The translations under genes were made by a program, and so were the position numbers. This document shows, piece by piece, positions 1-13,536 of a DNA stretch of 64,000 nt. The stretch is from Octopus vulgaris (taxonomy: Eukaryota): assembly GCA_951406725.2 (NCBI GenBank), contig OX597815.1, forward strand, positions 18,352,001-18,416,000, in the 5' to 3' direction. The notes beneath the pieces were generated by a model, which saw nothing but the letters and a program-made list of their open reading frames with translations, had not been told where the DNA came from and did not search any database. How positions within the stretch are numbered: the stretch's first letter is position 1; each line of letters opens with the position of its first letter.

Positions 1-87
1 CACTGGGCAAGTGTCTTCTACTATAGTCTCGGGCTGACCAAAGCCTTCTGAGTGGATTTGGTAGGCGGAAACAAAGAAACATGTCGT
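1..87 (+). mobile_element. SINE family A, internal fragment (truncated at window edge)
   Basis: GGGCAAGTGTCTTCTACTATAG...GAGTGGATTTGGTAG matches the other family A copies in this window. Confidence 0.8.
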
Positions 88-98
88 CTCTCTTTCTT

Positions 99-497
99 TT
101 TCTCTTTTACTTGTTTCAGTCATTTGACTGCGGCCATTCTGGAGCACCGCCTTTAATCGAGCAACTCGACCCCAGGACTTATTCTTTGTAAGCCCAGTAC
201 TTATTCTATCGGTCTCTTTTTTGCCAAACCGCTAAGTGACGGGGACATAAACACACCAGCATCGGTTGTCAAGCGATGCTAGAGGGACAAACACAGACAC
301 ACAAACACACACATATATAAATATATACATATATACGACAGGCTTCTTTCAGTTTCCGTCTACCAAATCCAACCACAAGGCATTGGTCGGCCCGGGGCTA
401 TAGCAGAAGACACTTGCCCAAGATGCCACGCAGTGGGACTGAACCCGGAACCATGTGGTTGGTTAGCAAGCTACTTACCACACAGCCATTCCTGCGT
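99..497 (-). mobile_element. tRNA-derived SINE family A (CORE-like), full length
   Basis: Reverse complement has A box TGGCTGTGTGG, B box GGTTCAGTCCC, TCTTGGGCAAGTGTC core, internal TA/TG microsatellite and tail GGCGGTGCTCCAG..CAGTCAAATGACTGAAAC; many near-identical copies in window. Confidence 0.9.
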
Positions 498-1079
498 CTG
501 TATATATATAATATATACGATTGGCAGATACAAACCTAGATCAGAGAACACTGGCTTAATTCGATCCTAATATTTTCAAGACATGATGGTTCTTTAGATT
601 GAACTAAAGAATTGATAAGTTTGTTTGATGTGTAGCTTATGTGTTGACATTTCTACATCGATGGGAAACATTCTTTTACTACTTTGTGAAGGAAGAACAC
701 GGTCACGATCATTCTGAGAACTTCTCAGACTGGAGAGGGGTGGGGGCCGAAAAGCAGTCATTCTCAAGCAACAAATCTTGCTTCAATGCCCCAAATTCTA
801 AGGCCCATGTGGTATTATTAACCTGGTGACAGTCGAATTCGCAAAATGCAATGTATACGTGACGTAAGCACCGTACTAATGGGTCTAGTAGTTAATTGGA
901 GTTTCCTCAAAAGATTCTGTTCTTAAACAGAAATCTATGGTTATGAAAAATGCCATTGGTTTTTACGCGATGTTGTTGCTAGGAGTTGGGTGTTTTTATG
1001 CCTTTCGTCTATTATGTTGTGGACTAAAATCGTTATCGACATATTTTATATATTCAATAAAATTGTACCACTTGACATA

Positions 1080-1490
1080 TACTCTTTACTCTTTTACTTG
1101 TTTCAGTCATTTGACTGCGGCCATGCTGGAGCACCGCCTTTAGTCGAGCAAATCGACCCCGGGACTTATTCTTTGTAAGCCCAGTACTTATTCTATCGGT
1201 CTCTTTTGCCGAACCGCTAAGTGACGGGGACGTAAACACACCAGCATTGGTTGTCAAGCAATGTTAGGGGGACAAAGACAGACACACAATCACATACACA
1301 CACAAACATATATATACATATATACGACAGGCCTCTTTCAGTTTCCGTCTACCAAATCCATTCACAAGGCGTTGGTCGGCCCGGGGCTATAGCAGAAGAC
1401 ACTTGCCCAAGATGCCACGCAGTGGGACTGAACCCGGAACTATGTGGTTTGTTAGCAAGCTACTTACCACACAGCCACTCCTGTGCCTGT
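1080..1490 (-). mobile_element. SINE family A, full length
   Basis: Near-identical to 99-497. Confidence 0.9.
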
Positions 1491-3180
1491 GAATATTAGT
1501 TAAAATGTGAATATTAGTTAAAATGAAATTATGCAAAATGGTTTGAAATGCTTAAACAAATTTGCTAGCATTCCATATAGAGTGTGATAAATGACTATCA
1601 CATTACAAATACGTTTCAATATAATTATTATAAAGTAGAGCAATGAGTGGCTTTGAACGAATGTTTGCTGGATGTATGTAAGGTCATTTCACTTAAAATC
1701 ATTAAACTGTAAAACTATATTATTTTCATAGCTTCTCATTTTTTTCTTCTACAATACAAGAATGTTGTGCCTGGTCAAGACAAAAACAATGTTCTCATCA
1801 CCAGCACAAGGCTTCGAGATGTATTTTTATCATTCAGTAAAATAATTTGTTTTTCAAATAGGAAACATTGCTTTGGGTGCTAAACTGCCGGTTAATAAAC
1901 AACAGTTTCGTCAAGACATAAACAATAGATAGGCACGTTTTCGCTGCTCCTATAAGATCTCGGAGTAAATATGACGTCAACGAGATACTATACAAAAAAG
2001 AAATAATTTACACTTTGAATAACTTACTGAATTGTGTCATTACAAATGTCATTCAGATTTTAAGGATATTAAGTGACATTAAATTACATTCATTTCATTA
2101 TCAACGGAAAAAAAAGTTGAATATTGACATTTGGGTAGCATACTTTCTATCAATGGAGTTGAGGCTTGCAAAATAAAGATGAAGAAGATCTGCACCTATT
2201 TAGATTTATTCTAACTCATAGGCATGTAAAGAAGGTTAGCTGATGGCATCGTAATAATAAATTATAGGAGAAACAAAATTGTTACAAAAGAAATAAGAAA
2301 TATATTAATTGCTAGAAAAACTTGTCGTAGAGTTTGTGTAATGTTCTATTAGAAATAAAGACTAAAACACACCATCAATTCTAATTTTTAAACTGTTCTT
2401 TAAATATGGTAAAGCTGCGAGGTGAAATAAATGTCAATAACATAACGATTCTAAAATATAGTGTTTATTTCCATATGTCTCAATCCAAAATAATATTCCG
2501 CTTCAAAGAATAGTCTCCCATTGAAAAGGTCACGCTTGTTATTTAATCACAGTGTATTTTTTTTAAAAAAGAAACAAAACAAGGACACTATGAAATCAGT
2601 TGGCATGTATTTTCTTCATTTTGTCATAAAATGTCAAACAGGTTTGAATTCTATGAAACAAACAGCCATGGAATCAGTACAGGTATTCATGCCAACGGCT
2701 TGCAGAACTGGAAAAGCATATTATGTGTCGTATGACTGTCGAATGTGTGTCGTTCGTTTCTATGTTAATAACACACTGTAGATCACGAGGGTAACACAGC
2801 GTATGAAGAGGCAGTTGTGCTTATACTGTGTTCAAACAGGTAGGTATGGTTGACTATTAAACAATTTGTAGCTGTTGCATGTCTCAAAAGTAGCAATGAA
2901 AATACAATGAAACTTATATATCTGATAGTTAACGTAGGTCAATGTTCACAGTAGCATCACAACGCAGCAGATAGTTCTAGTAAGATGGCATTAAAATTCA
3001 GACATAAAACTACACTAGATTCCATTAAACACTTGAATCCGGAAATATATTATTAGCTCAAAAGAAACGTTGCACTAATGAAGAACAATACATCCTTTTA
3101 TCTAGAATTCATTTATCATTTATCGAAAGAAACCACGAATTTAGGTACTGGTAGAGGAAATGCATTATACAAATAAAATA

Positions 3181-3214
3181 TGATATATATTTTATAAATA
3201 TATATATATATTTA

Positions 3215-3309
<95 letters not shown>

Positions 3310-3389
3310 TATTATATATTTATCTCATATATATATAATATATATACATATATTATATATATTTATATATATATGTATATAATATATAT

Positions 3390-3456
<67 letters not shown>

Positions 3457-3470
3457 GTATAAACACACAT
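3181..3470. repeat. (TA)n microsatellite, imperfect
   Basis: Direct reading. Confidence 0.95.
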
Positions 3471-3471
3471 A

Positions 3472-3974
3472 CACTCTTTTGATTCGCAATTCGTCGCTCA
3501 AAATTCGTTGATAGGAGCCCCAAAAACACACCAGTCATGTTATCAAGTTCGTTAATTGTTCGGTGATGGTCTTCCAAAATCAGTTTATGAATTTTCATAT
3601 TTCATATTGCTTTCATTCGTTTGGGTGATCAACGGACGCCCTGAACGAGGTTGGTCTTCAAAGGACCATTCCTAAAGCGTGGAAACACACTCGTGTTTTG
3701 CTTGTGTTTTCCTCGTGGCAGCGTCCATGTAAGCTGTTACAAGCACGACAGCTGTTTCGGCGGCCGTTTTCCCCAGCCGAAAACAGAATTCCACGGAAGC
3801 ACTCTGTTCCTTTGTTTCAGCCTTTACAAAAATCGTCGAACAGGGGAGAAGCACTGTAAAACAAAGACACACCTCATGGCAGTAGGACTACAGCCGACGA
3901 AGCTGGCCGGCAGGGGGATGTCTGAGTGTCGCATCAGGTAGACGTTTCTGGTTACTTTTGGGTACCCCCTCGTA
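3472..3974 (-). mobile_element. mariner-family DNA transposon, decayed 5' part (TIR + HTH region)
   Basis: Minus-strand peptides EQSASVEFCFRLGKTAAETAVVLVTAY and KIHKLILEDHHRTINEL resemble mariner N-terminal HTH domains; end TA-CGAGGGGGTACCCAAAAGTAACC is a mariner-type TIR. Confidence 0.8.
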
Positions 3975-4006
3975 TATACCCATCAACAGTATATACATAT
4001 ATTATA

Positions 4007-4188
4007 TATTAGAAGAAATGAGGTATTCAGAAAATCGGATGGTTTATATTTACAGATATTTATTTGTATATTACATTTTTTATATATCATATAACTTAGA
4101 TCATGTATTAGCGCTTTCTCCCATTCTAGTAGGGTTTTCAAATCAAACTTAGAAAACCGATCTTCTGAGTACCTCATTTCTTCTAATA
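4007..4188. mobile_element. Small fold-back element in TA-rich tract (32-bp inverted arms)
   Basis: TATTAGAAGAAATGAGGTATTCAGAAAATCGG (4007-4038) is the inverse of 4157-4188 with 2 mismatches. Confidence 0.7.
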
Positions 4189-6308
4189 TATATATATAAA
4201 TAGATAATATATATACATCGTATATACCCATCAACAGTATTTTATCGTCTACAATGTTACTCCCTACTATTTTTCTAAGAAGAAGAAAATATCACATGCT
4301 TTTAAATACATACAAGCCAACGAGGAAAAACTTACGTAGCAACACGACCATCAAGAAACAGCAGTTGTAGCTCAAGTATTTCAAACTGTGGAGTTTTTAA
4401 AACGAAATATCTATTGTATAATGTAATCCAGAACACAAAAATAGATGGGGTTGATCATGGAACACTTTTGAAATTTGTTTGCTTAATGAAAAGTGACATG
4501 AGGTCAAACACAATGACAACAGCAAAACCAAAACACATATAAACACGTATAAACATACAAACACGTATAAATATATTGTAAACTTCAATTAGAGATCGCC
4601 CGAACTAACCAACCGAAACGTAACTAATCTAATATATCAATGTCTCCAAATGCTTCCTATTTAACTGCATAGCTCCAAAGAATTCGTTGATTTATATAAT
4701 TGTTTACTACAATTGTATATCCGTAAATTCGCACTCCATTAACCATTTATGTAAATGGAAAATTTTTGTAGATGATTCACTTGAGATGTGTCTTAGTATT
4801 TAATAATAGAAGTGACAGCTACAGGAAATGTGTTCAAGTAGGCTACATTAGTTGGATAACGCTGTAGCAAATATGAAGTTGCATTAGAAAAATATATTGA
4901 GTTTTATGTTTCAAATTATGTTTCTGATTCCTATCATATTACAGACTTTCAGATAAATAGTTAAGTAGGAACAACAATACTTGCCATAATAGAGCTTTAG
5001 TATTACTGTGACAGCTACAGACTTGTTTCTGTCTTATTAGACATTATTAGCAAAACAATCTAAGTGTAATAGCCAAAGGAATCATTAGAGAGTCTACAGA
5101 GATTTATGAGTTTTGGGGAATAAACACAGAGAACATTGTAACATAAAGGAAAGACGGGAAAATAGTGGATATATAGTAAATATGAATCATCGTCAGATAA
5201 TAGAATTAATCTAGTTAGGAGAATGATGATTAAATATATAGTCTAAGCTTGATATACGGTATTTATTACAAGAGTAAAGTGTGTGTGTATTATTTGGGCA
5301 TATTAAAGTGCAAAAATATAATATCAATAGCGGTTTAATAAAACAAATTTACCAACACTATGATTAATAAAAGTACAAATTATTAAATTGTTACTGAAGG
5401 TCTAGGATATAAACAATGAAGCGAGAATACAAAGATAAATACAGAGAGATTAAATACGAAGATTAATGAAAGGGCAAAAATGACGAAAAAGATTGAGAGA
5501 AATGGGTTTCAGATGTTATTTGTTGCAACTAATAAAATATAATTAGTATTAGTTCAATTTGAGCGTAAGTGTGGAATTAACGAATATATATGAGCGGATG
5601 CAGGTGAAAAACAATTATCGGAAACGCAATTACAAGAACATCAAAGCTCGATGATGTGGCTGGGAAACAAATGAGTGAAGCGGTTATAAATATAAGTATT
5701 AATGAATTCAAGCAATGAAAGAGAGAGAAGCATAGAAAACCATTGTGTACATTGGATAAGACAAAGGTAGCTAGAATATGAGACAAAAGAGGAAGGAGAA
5801 GAAAAAGAGTGACGGAGTTGAAAATATTTGTAACAAGTGTAATTAATTCTTTATATGGATGTTCTGGTGTTTACACGGGGGGAACTGCCGTTTCATCTAA
5901 GAGGAAGAGCCTTTTTCTATCTGTACCAGGGACATAATACTGGCAAACCGTGGCAAAATATGAAACTATCATTAATAGTGCAAAATATGTTTTGAAAATA
6001 CAGTACAATGTGAATGTTTGCTGAATATCTTGAGAATATAAATATCTTAATAAATGAGAAAAAGGTTTGCAAAAACCTTCGGTTAAGCAATTTGTGTAAG
6101 GCTATGTCGATGAATGAAAACAAAAAGATACTGTTTTACCTTACATAGGTTGTTTAATATTAATACTAATGCTTATATCATAACTGAATCATCCGTCAAT
6201 CTGCCTTACTCTAAATAATTATGCTGCATATACCACCCATAATTTGACAGCAAATTATCCAACAACATTGTTTTCAAACTTATCTTGATTACGTCTTGTT
6301 GTAGATAC

Positions 6309-6612
6309 ATTTGTTCCTTCTTGAGCCATGCCTGGCTCATAAAGGCCGGTTTCCCGGTTTCCTTGGCGTATAGGTTCCCCACCTGGATGGGACGCGGGTC
6401 CGTCCCAGGTGAGCTGCAAGATGCAGGAGGAAAGAGTGAGAGAAAGTTGTGGTGAAAGAGTCAGCAGAAGTTCGCCATTACCTTCTGCCGGAGCCGCGTG
6501 GAGCTTAGGTGTTTTGCTCATAAACAGCACACATCGCCCGGTCTGAGATTCGAACCCGCGGTCCCTCGACTGCGAGTCTGCTGCTCTAACCACTAGGCCA
6601 TGTGCCTCCACT
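6309..6612 (-). mobile_element. tRNA-derived SINE family B3
   Basis: Head GGAGGCACATGGCCTAGTGGTTAGAGC..GGTTCGAATC; near-identical to 32631-32938 and 51230-51539; TGTAGATA near both ends. Confidence 0.9.
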
Positions 6613-6812
6613 AATGTAGATATGATCAAATAATTGTAAGCAAGTCACTGGTCGAAGCGAATTATTTACAAAAAAATACCCCATGTAAGTAATACGATAT
6701 AAAACACCTTTTGTTAGTAAAAGGAAATATTTCGGTTAATTTTCCATAACGTTACTGTTCTGAATTTTAAAAAATTTCTGAAATTAGTAGGAAATTTCAA
6801 TAAGTTTTAATG

Positions 6813-7080
6813 TACGAGATGGTATCAACACGTTCCCGGACTAGTTATGTCTAATGAAAAATACCTTATTTACCCAAGTTTTAACGCCATCTCCTTCGAA
6901 ATAGTCACCTTGCGCAGGTGAATAGGGCAAGTGCGGAAGCGATACCATGTCGTTTTGGGGGAGAAACTCACTAGGAGTAGAGCTCGGTGACAGTGTGAAT
7001 TGTCGTTTTGAAGAATCCAATTCTTCTTACTCCACATATCCTATCGCTTTCGCCGAATGTCTTCCCTCAAAACGTCGTTC
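6813..7080 (-). mobile_element. mariner transposon 3' end fragment
   Basis: Minus strand encodes GDYFEGD, the typical mariner C-terminus; terminal TACGAGATGGTATCAACACGTTCCCGGAC is TIR-like. Confidence 0.65.
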
Positions 7081-7467
7081 ATTTTTCTCTGAGGATGATG
7101 AAACACGTAAGACATGGTAGTGATGTAATCCTAGTTAATTTCTTATTGTCGGACGTTTGTAGTTTAACCAATCACTGTTATATATTTTTGGAGGTTAGAA
7201 AAGTTTATTGATTTTGTTTAGCTTCACGTCAGTCGTGTTCGAGGATATTTATGATCAAAGGGACTCCAACCGCTGCTATACTACCTTTCACTTAAGCGTG
7301 ATATATCTAGAGCTATATTATGGAATTTAGCCTTTTATATGTAAGAAGGTCGTGGTAGATTTGTCTAATATTTCTAGAAAGTCGAAGTAGAGGTCCATAT
7401 CGAAATTCTTATTCAACGCTCTGGTGTCAATGACTTCTTTATTTCGTCCCGTGTTAGATAAAACAGT

Positions 7468-7851
7468 GGAGGCGCAATGGCCCAGTGGTTAGGGCAGCGG
7501 ACTCGCGGTCATAGGATCGCGGTTTCGATCCCCAGAACGGGCATTGTGAGTGTTTATTGAGCGAAAACACCTAAAGCTCCACGAGGCTCCGGCGGGGGAT
7601 GGTGGTGATCCCTGCTGTACTCTTTCACCACAACTTTCTCTCACTCTTACTTCCTGTTTCTGTTGTATCTGTATTTCAAAGGGCCGGCCTTGTCACTCTC
7701 TGTCTCACGCTGAATATCCCCGAGAACTACGTTAAGAGTACACGTGTCTGTGGAGTGCTCAGCCACTTACACGTTAATTTCACGAGCAGACTGTTCCGTT
7801 GATTCGGATCCACCGGAACCCTCGTCGTCGTAACCGACGGAGTGCTTCCAC
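7468..7851 (+). mobile_element. tRNA-derived SINE family B1
   Basis: Head GGAGGCGCAATGGCCCAGTGGTTAGGGCAGCGG..GGTTTCGATCCC; near-identical to 36145-36528; AGATAAAA flanks both sides. Confidence 0.9.
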
Positions 7852-7937
7852 CAGATAAAATAACATTCAATCGACTATGTAATTTCCACGTAGTCGTGGG
7901 CCAATGAAAACGTCTGAATTGTATTTCTAGGATACTT

Positions 7938-8152
7938 TTTTACGCTTTACTTGTTTTTATCATTCCACTGCTGCTAGGCTGGGGCACCGCCTTGAAAATT
8001 TTAGTCGAAAGAAGCCATCTGCATACTTACTTTTTTAAGATTCGTATTTAAATTATCACGCTGACGAACCGCTAGGTTACAAGACATAAACGGATCAACA
8101 TCCGTTGTAAAGAGGTGATTGGTAACAAACACAGCTAGAAAAACCCTCCCTA

Positions 8153-8206
<54 letters not shown>

Positions 8207-8520
8207 TAGGGAGGGTTTACGAAAAAAAAAAACAAAGGACGAAGACAAGTGGTGTACAAAACAAACAGATGTATTAGTATAACGCTCAGGAATAGAAAAA
8301 GTATTTTACGTTTCGAGCCTACGCTCTTCTACAGAAAGGGACACAGAAAAAAACACAATATACGAGGGGCTTCTTTCAGTTTCCGTCCACCGAATCCACT
8401 CAGAACATATTAGTCACCGCGACGCTAGCGTACAAAACATTTTTCCAGGATACTAGGCAGAGGAACTGAACATGGAAATGTGTAGTTGAGAAGCAAACCT
8501 CTTACACCACATCCACACCT
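7938..8520 (-). mobile_element. Old degenerate SINE A copy interrupted by (TA)n and a Penelope-like fragment
   Basis: Tail half about 7938-8135 and head half about 8362-8520 align to family A with many substitutions. Confidence 0.6.
8207..8358 (-). mobile_element. Penelope-like terminal-repeat fragment with hammerhead-like motif
   Basis: Minus strand TTT-CTGTAGA-A-GAGC-GTAG-GCTC-GAAA-CGT-A-AAA; 3' end abuts (TA)n; related to 8641-8857. Confidence 0.6.
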
Positions 8521-8533
8521 GCATCAACATACA

Positions 8534-8611
<78 letters not shown>

Positions 8612-8640
8612 CATACACATATATATATATATATATATAT

Positions 8641-8857
8641 CTTTCAAAATGTGACCTCGTGTGTACCGTTGGCGATTTCTTTTCCTCTGTCTTCCCTTTT
8701 CTGGATCTTTCCTTCTCCTATGTTTCTGACGAAGAGCTCCGCTCGAAACGTTAAACCCTCCTTCTTTCCTTCTTTCCTTAGCGTCCAATAATACTATATT
8801 TGTACCACGTCCTCGCGTTGTTGTGTTTTTGTGTGCTTTCTTGTTTGGATTAACTTT
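8641..8857 (+). mobile_element. Penelope-like terminal-repeat fragment embedded in (TA)n
   Basis: Flanked by TA runs on both sides; contains a minimal hammerhead at 8722-8756. Confidence 0.65.
8722..8756 (+). ncRNA. Putative minimal type-I hammerhead ribozyme
   Basis: Stem I GTTT/AAAC, core CTGACGA(A), stem II GAGC-TCC-GCTC, GAAA, palindromic stem III ACGT, GUU cleavage triplet. Confidence 0.7.
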
Positions 8858-8877
8858 ATATACATATATACATATAT

Positions 8878-9099
8878 TGATAAACCTCGCTATGATAAAT
8901 ATTTCAATCAGCTGAAGATAGACTGTAACCATAACTCGGATTGAACAGCCATGAAACGATCGTAGTGTTTTACTCATTATCTTTTATTAAACTTTTAATA
9001 ATTTTGATATATATTTAAAATAATATAAATTAATTAATTTTATGTATTGGCTTAAGTTTTTCATTGTTTGATTTGCCTAGTAGTGGTTTTATCTCTAAT

Positions 9100-9107
<8 letters not shown>
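8878..9107 (+). mobile_element. AT-rich Penelope-like terminal fragment with degenerate hammerhead
   Basis: CTGAAGA...GAAACGATCGTA; ends TTTATCTCTAATTTAATA at (TA)n; inverse copies at 54272-54400 and 54945-55475. Confidence 0.6.
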
Positions 9108-9150
<43 letters not shown>

Positions 9151-9879
9151 TTAACTGTATCTATTTTATAAATCTTTTTACTAATATCTCTTATAAAAGA
9201 TATATCCCTTTTAGTACATTACGGTTTCTGATCAGACCTGTAAATAGTCCGAAAAAGGAAATTTGATTTATATAAATTAAATTGAGAATTTATCTTCGGG
9301 GAGCTATATAATGTGGTTTATTAATTTTAATTATTGGCAGTTACGTGTGCGGCCATGCAGTGGTAAGATAGTATCAAGCTGAGAATGCAGTCTGGTTTTA
9401 CTTACGCCGTCTTTAATGTCATTAGAAAATTCATGATGGCTGCAGCCTTTATATGTACAGTTATTTAAATCACTTAGACCTCGTATCAACATTGGGACGA
9501 AGAGTATAAGAAGTGGAGAAAATGAAAGCGTTGATCACAGAAATCGATTCGATTCAGAAATTGGTTATCAGGATATTTGAAATCCTCTTCGTATCCACGT
9601 ATAAAGAATACACTCCTCCTAACCGGGTGGTATTGAGTTAAATGTGTCATGAGTGATTCGTGCTATGATATCATGCGGCAATTATGTAAGATATATTTCA
9701 TATGTTTTATGACGCGTCGGTGATTATTGTGTAGACTTTGTCACGTGTATTGTATTGTGATGCCGAAGATCAATTATGTATAAGTGTTGTGTGGGTCATG
9801 ACATATTTTAAAGATCTGATTGGGTAAAACTTGCACAGCACATACTTTGCACGAAATACACGGCATCCATTATGCTATT

Positions 9880-10200
9880 ACATTAAAAATGTTTGGCGGA
9901 TGATGTGACTTTAAAATTTTAGGGCTGTAATTTGCATGGTTTGTAGATTGGTAAGTCTTGATATGGTCTTTATGTCTCTTCTCGTGTTTTTTCTCATACC
10001 TAGTTCACAAATTATTATTGGTATTATTTCTATATTCATAACCCACATCTTGCTTATTTTCATTTCAAGATCTTTGTAAGCTGATAGCTTTTCGATATTT
10101 TTCTTCATCTCATTTCTGTCAACAAGTATAGAGATATCAAATCACACTAACTTAGGACCTTAGCCGTTGATTACCATAGCTATATATCCCAGATTATCAC
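9880..10200 (-). mobile_element. R4/Dong-like non-LTR retrotransposon, RLE C-terminal fragment
   Basis: FDISILVDRNEMKKNIEKLSAYKDLEMKISKMWVMNIEIIPIIICELG fits the K-E-K-x-x-Y-x-D-L...W...IPIVIGALG end of restriction-like endonuclease LINEs. Confidence 0.75.
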
Positions 10201-10344
10201 AGTCAAACAGAAACATTGCTTACCCTACGCTCCGTAAATCTTTCTCCCAAACAAACTTAGAATCTTATGCTACGGTATGTCTTTACTTATAGTATGTCGT
10301 TATCATAATTTACTTTACGATATATTTGTCTTTATGATTACAGT

Positions 10345-10517
10345 AGGCGGTGAGCTAGCAGATTTCTTAGTACGCCGGACAGGCATTTCGTCTGTCCTTA
10401 CGTCCTGAGTTCAAATTCTGCCGAGGTTGATTTTGAGGATCGATTAAGTATCTACCACTTGAGCATAGGGGTCGATGTAATCGATTTAACTCCTTCCCTA
10501 AACTTTCTAGCCTTGTG
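10345..10517 (+). mobile_element. SINE family C, degenerate
   Basis: AGGCGGTGAGCTAGCAGA..GAGTTCAAATTCTGCCGAGGT..GGGGTCGATGTAATCGA aligns to 39710-39951. Confidence 0.7.
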
Positions 10518-12494
10518 CTATTATGATTACAGAATATTAGTATAGTTTGTATGAACTGCTTTCGTATTTACTTAGCACACAGATAAATATGATGATTTAT
10601 AAATCAATCTCACTACTTTATATAATTAGTTAACTTATGCGTTAAAATATTCAAGTTAGTCATCATTTCTTTAGACGTTCCATGTAAAGATGAAGAAAAA
10701 TAATAAATACCGAACAAAGAACCTTATATCCACCTACTGGCGTTATCATGTTTGTTATTTATGCAGATTGTAATCACTTCCGAGGGGCATTTTTTCTAAT
10801 GGTTAATTGGATGATCTCAGTGGGATGACGTATATGACTCACTGCCATAAATACGTGTGACCCTATCCAATTTATATTATATGTAGTATGCTCTTTTTTA
10901 GCATCCTCCTCCATCGTATTGTTGATATTCATAGAATTGCGACGGTTCTTCTGTCCTTAAATAAATATTAGTCACTCTTAGTATTATCGAAAATGTTTTG
11001 TTGGAAAATATTTCGCAAAAGAAGTTTAATAAAACGAAAACATACCCCTTGTTATCACTAGTCGGATTTAAAGATTCGACTTAGTTTAATATGCATTATC
11101 TTTATTGCTGAACAGCTTCGAAGTACTAATCTTAGTGACATGTTTCTTATTGTTTGTTTTTAGATTTTAAATGCATCAATAGGAGAATTTTGTCAATTAA
11201 TCGCATTTGAACAATTCTAGTTTATTTGACGTCTTCAACTCACTGCATTACATGTGTGAGATCTTAACCCATCCGTATTTCCTCTACAGAAAGCTCCATT
11301 TAATTATTTTTTCATCCAAATTGTTGTTATTCAAAATTAGCACCATTTCATAATTTATCCTATTTCTCTACGAACTGATCACTTCTAAGTTTTATCGACT
11401 GCGTAAAATTTACTTCGCTAAGGAGATCTAAGAATGAACGATGCCCATTGTTTTCATCAGATGGCTTTAAATAAGAGCTACTTCAATCCATCTTGTCAGT
11501 ATTCTATAAAAAATTCCAGTCAACTGAATTTTAATGGAGATTTCTGCATTGCTGCTTATTTTTTAGATCTTAAGGCACATTGAGGAAGTTTCTGTCTGAT
11601 AATTGCTTAGATAATCTCACTCGGTCGGTGTTTTTCATCTCATTGTATTATATAAATAAGACGCAATTCGGCTGTCAAGAACAACCTATATTACACTTCC
11701 CAATAAAACTTCATTTGTCCTGTATTTATCGTCGGCTAAATAATGGCTTAAGCAAGAAGCTACTAAAAAATACTTTTATTTCATATGCAGAAGTTATGCA
11801 GAGCAGGGGCAATGCCAACTCCGCGTGAACGTCCAGTCCTATAGATCAAACTGAACTTACTGTTATTGGTACTTCCGATATGCCTTTGGCCAAAACATCT
11901 TCATGACTTATTTGTTCATTATGACTGCAGATTATTAGATGTCATTTGCAACAATTTGGAAGGACTGCATTGTTGCCGTATATAATCACTATGCAGGCAC
12001 ACAAGAGAAAGCAATAAATAATACCAGCTTCATGATTATTACAAGTTAACTGTTGTGTAATAATATACGAGAGAGCCGTCATTTCCACAGGCGTTCTAGC
12101 TACGTTATTAAAAAAAAAAACGCAGATCCATCAGCAAAGCCACCTTTTCTGATAAATAATACATGATGAAAATCGATTAAGTGAAACATTAGCTTAACTC
12201 ATACATCAGGATATTGTGCAATTTCAGGATGAAGTTTAAATTAGCAATACGAGAAGCTGGTAAAATGGTCCGAAAGTGTAAGTGCCTTAGTGTCATTCAG
12301 TAATAAGTCATATCAATAGTGGGTTTCTCATGTAAGCGAACAACTAGGTGTACAATGGATTTTTAAATTACGTCCATTCTGAGACCTGCTCACTTTTACG
12401 TAAGTTAATTGTCCTGCAATAAACTTTTCTTCTAGACAAATCCGCAGATTTTGAAGTTGTTCAATTGTCCTTTGTTATTTCCATTTCTGTAACA

Positions 12495-13182
<688 letters not shown>

Positions 13183-13536
13183 CACCCTAAATCATTAATT
13201 GGTTGCAGGAGACACGACGTAAGTCGAATTGCTTGTCTATAGGCTCGGCTAGGCTTGGCCTAGCCTAGCCTGAACTGCTAATAGCCATTCCCCAGTGCTG
13301 TACTTTATTTATGAATGCATTTTCGATAAGACATTGTTAATAAGAACCTATATTAAGTTTACAAACAAATGTATTTATTTTATAATACAGTAAAAATAAC
13401 AAAAAGAACTGAAGTATTTTAAAATACCAATACGCACAATTGGGTGGTGTTTACATCGGTACTAGCCATTCCCCAGTGATGTACTTTATTTATAAATGCA
13501 TTTTCGATATGACACGGTTAATAAAAACCTATTATA

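Noticed and set aside
6255-6629. Recurring ORFs over SINE copies (also 1054-1499, 13518-13754, 37560-38003, 51307-51564)
   Set aside because: Read-through of GC-rich SINE sequence; frames not conserved between copies
9223-9262. CTGATCA-GAC..GTCC-GAAA hammerhead-like string
   Set aside because: Core G8 missing and no stem III or cleavage triplet; at most a relic
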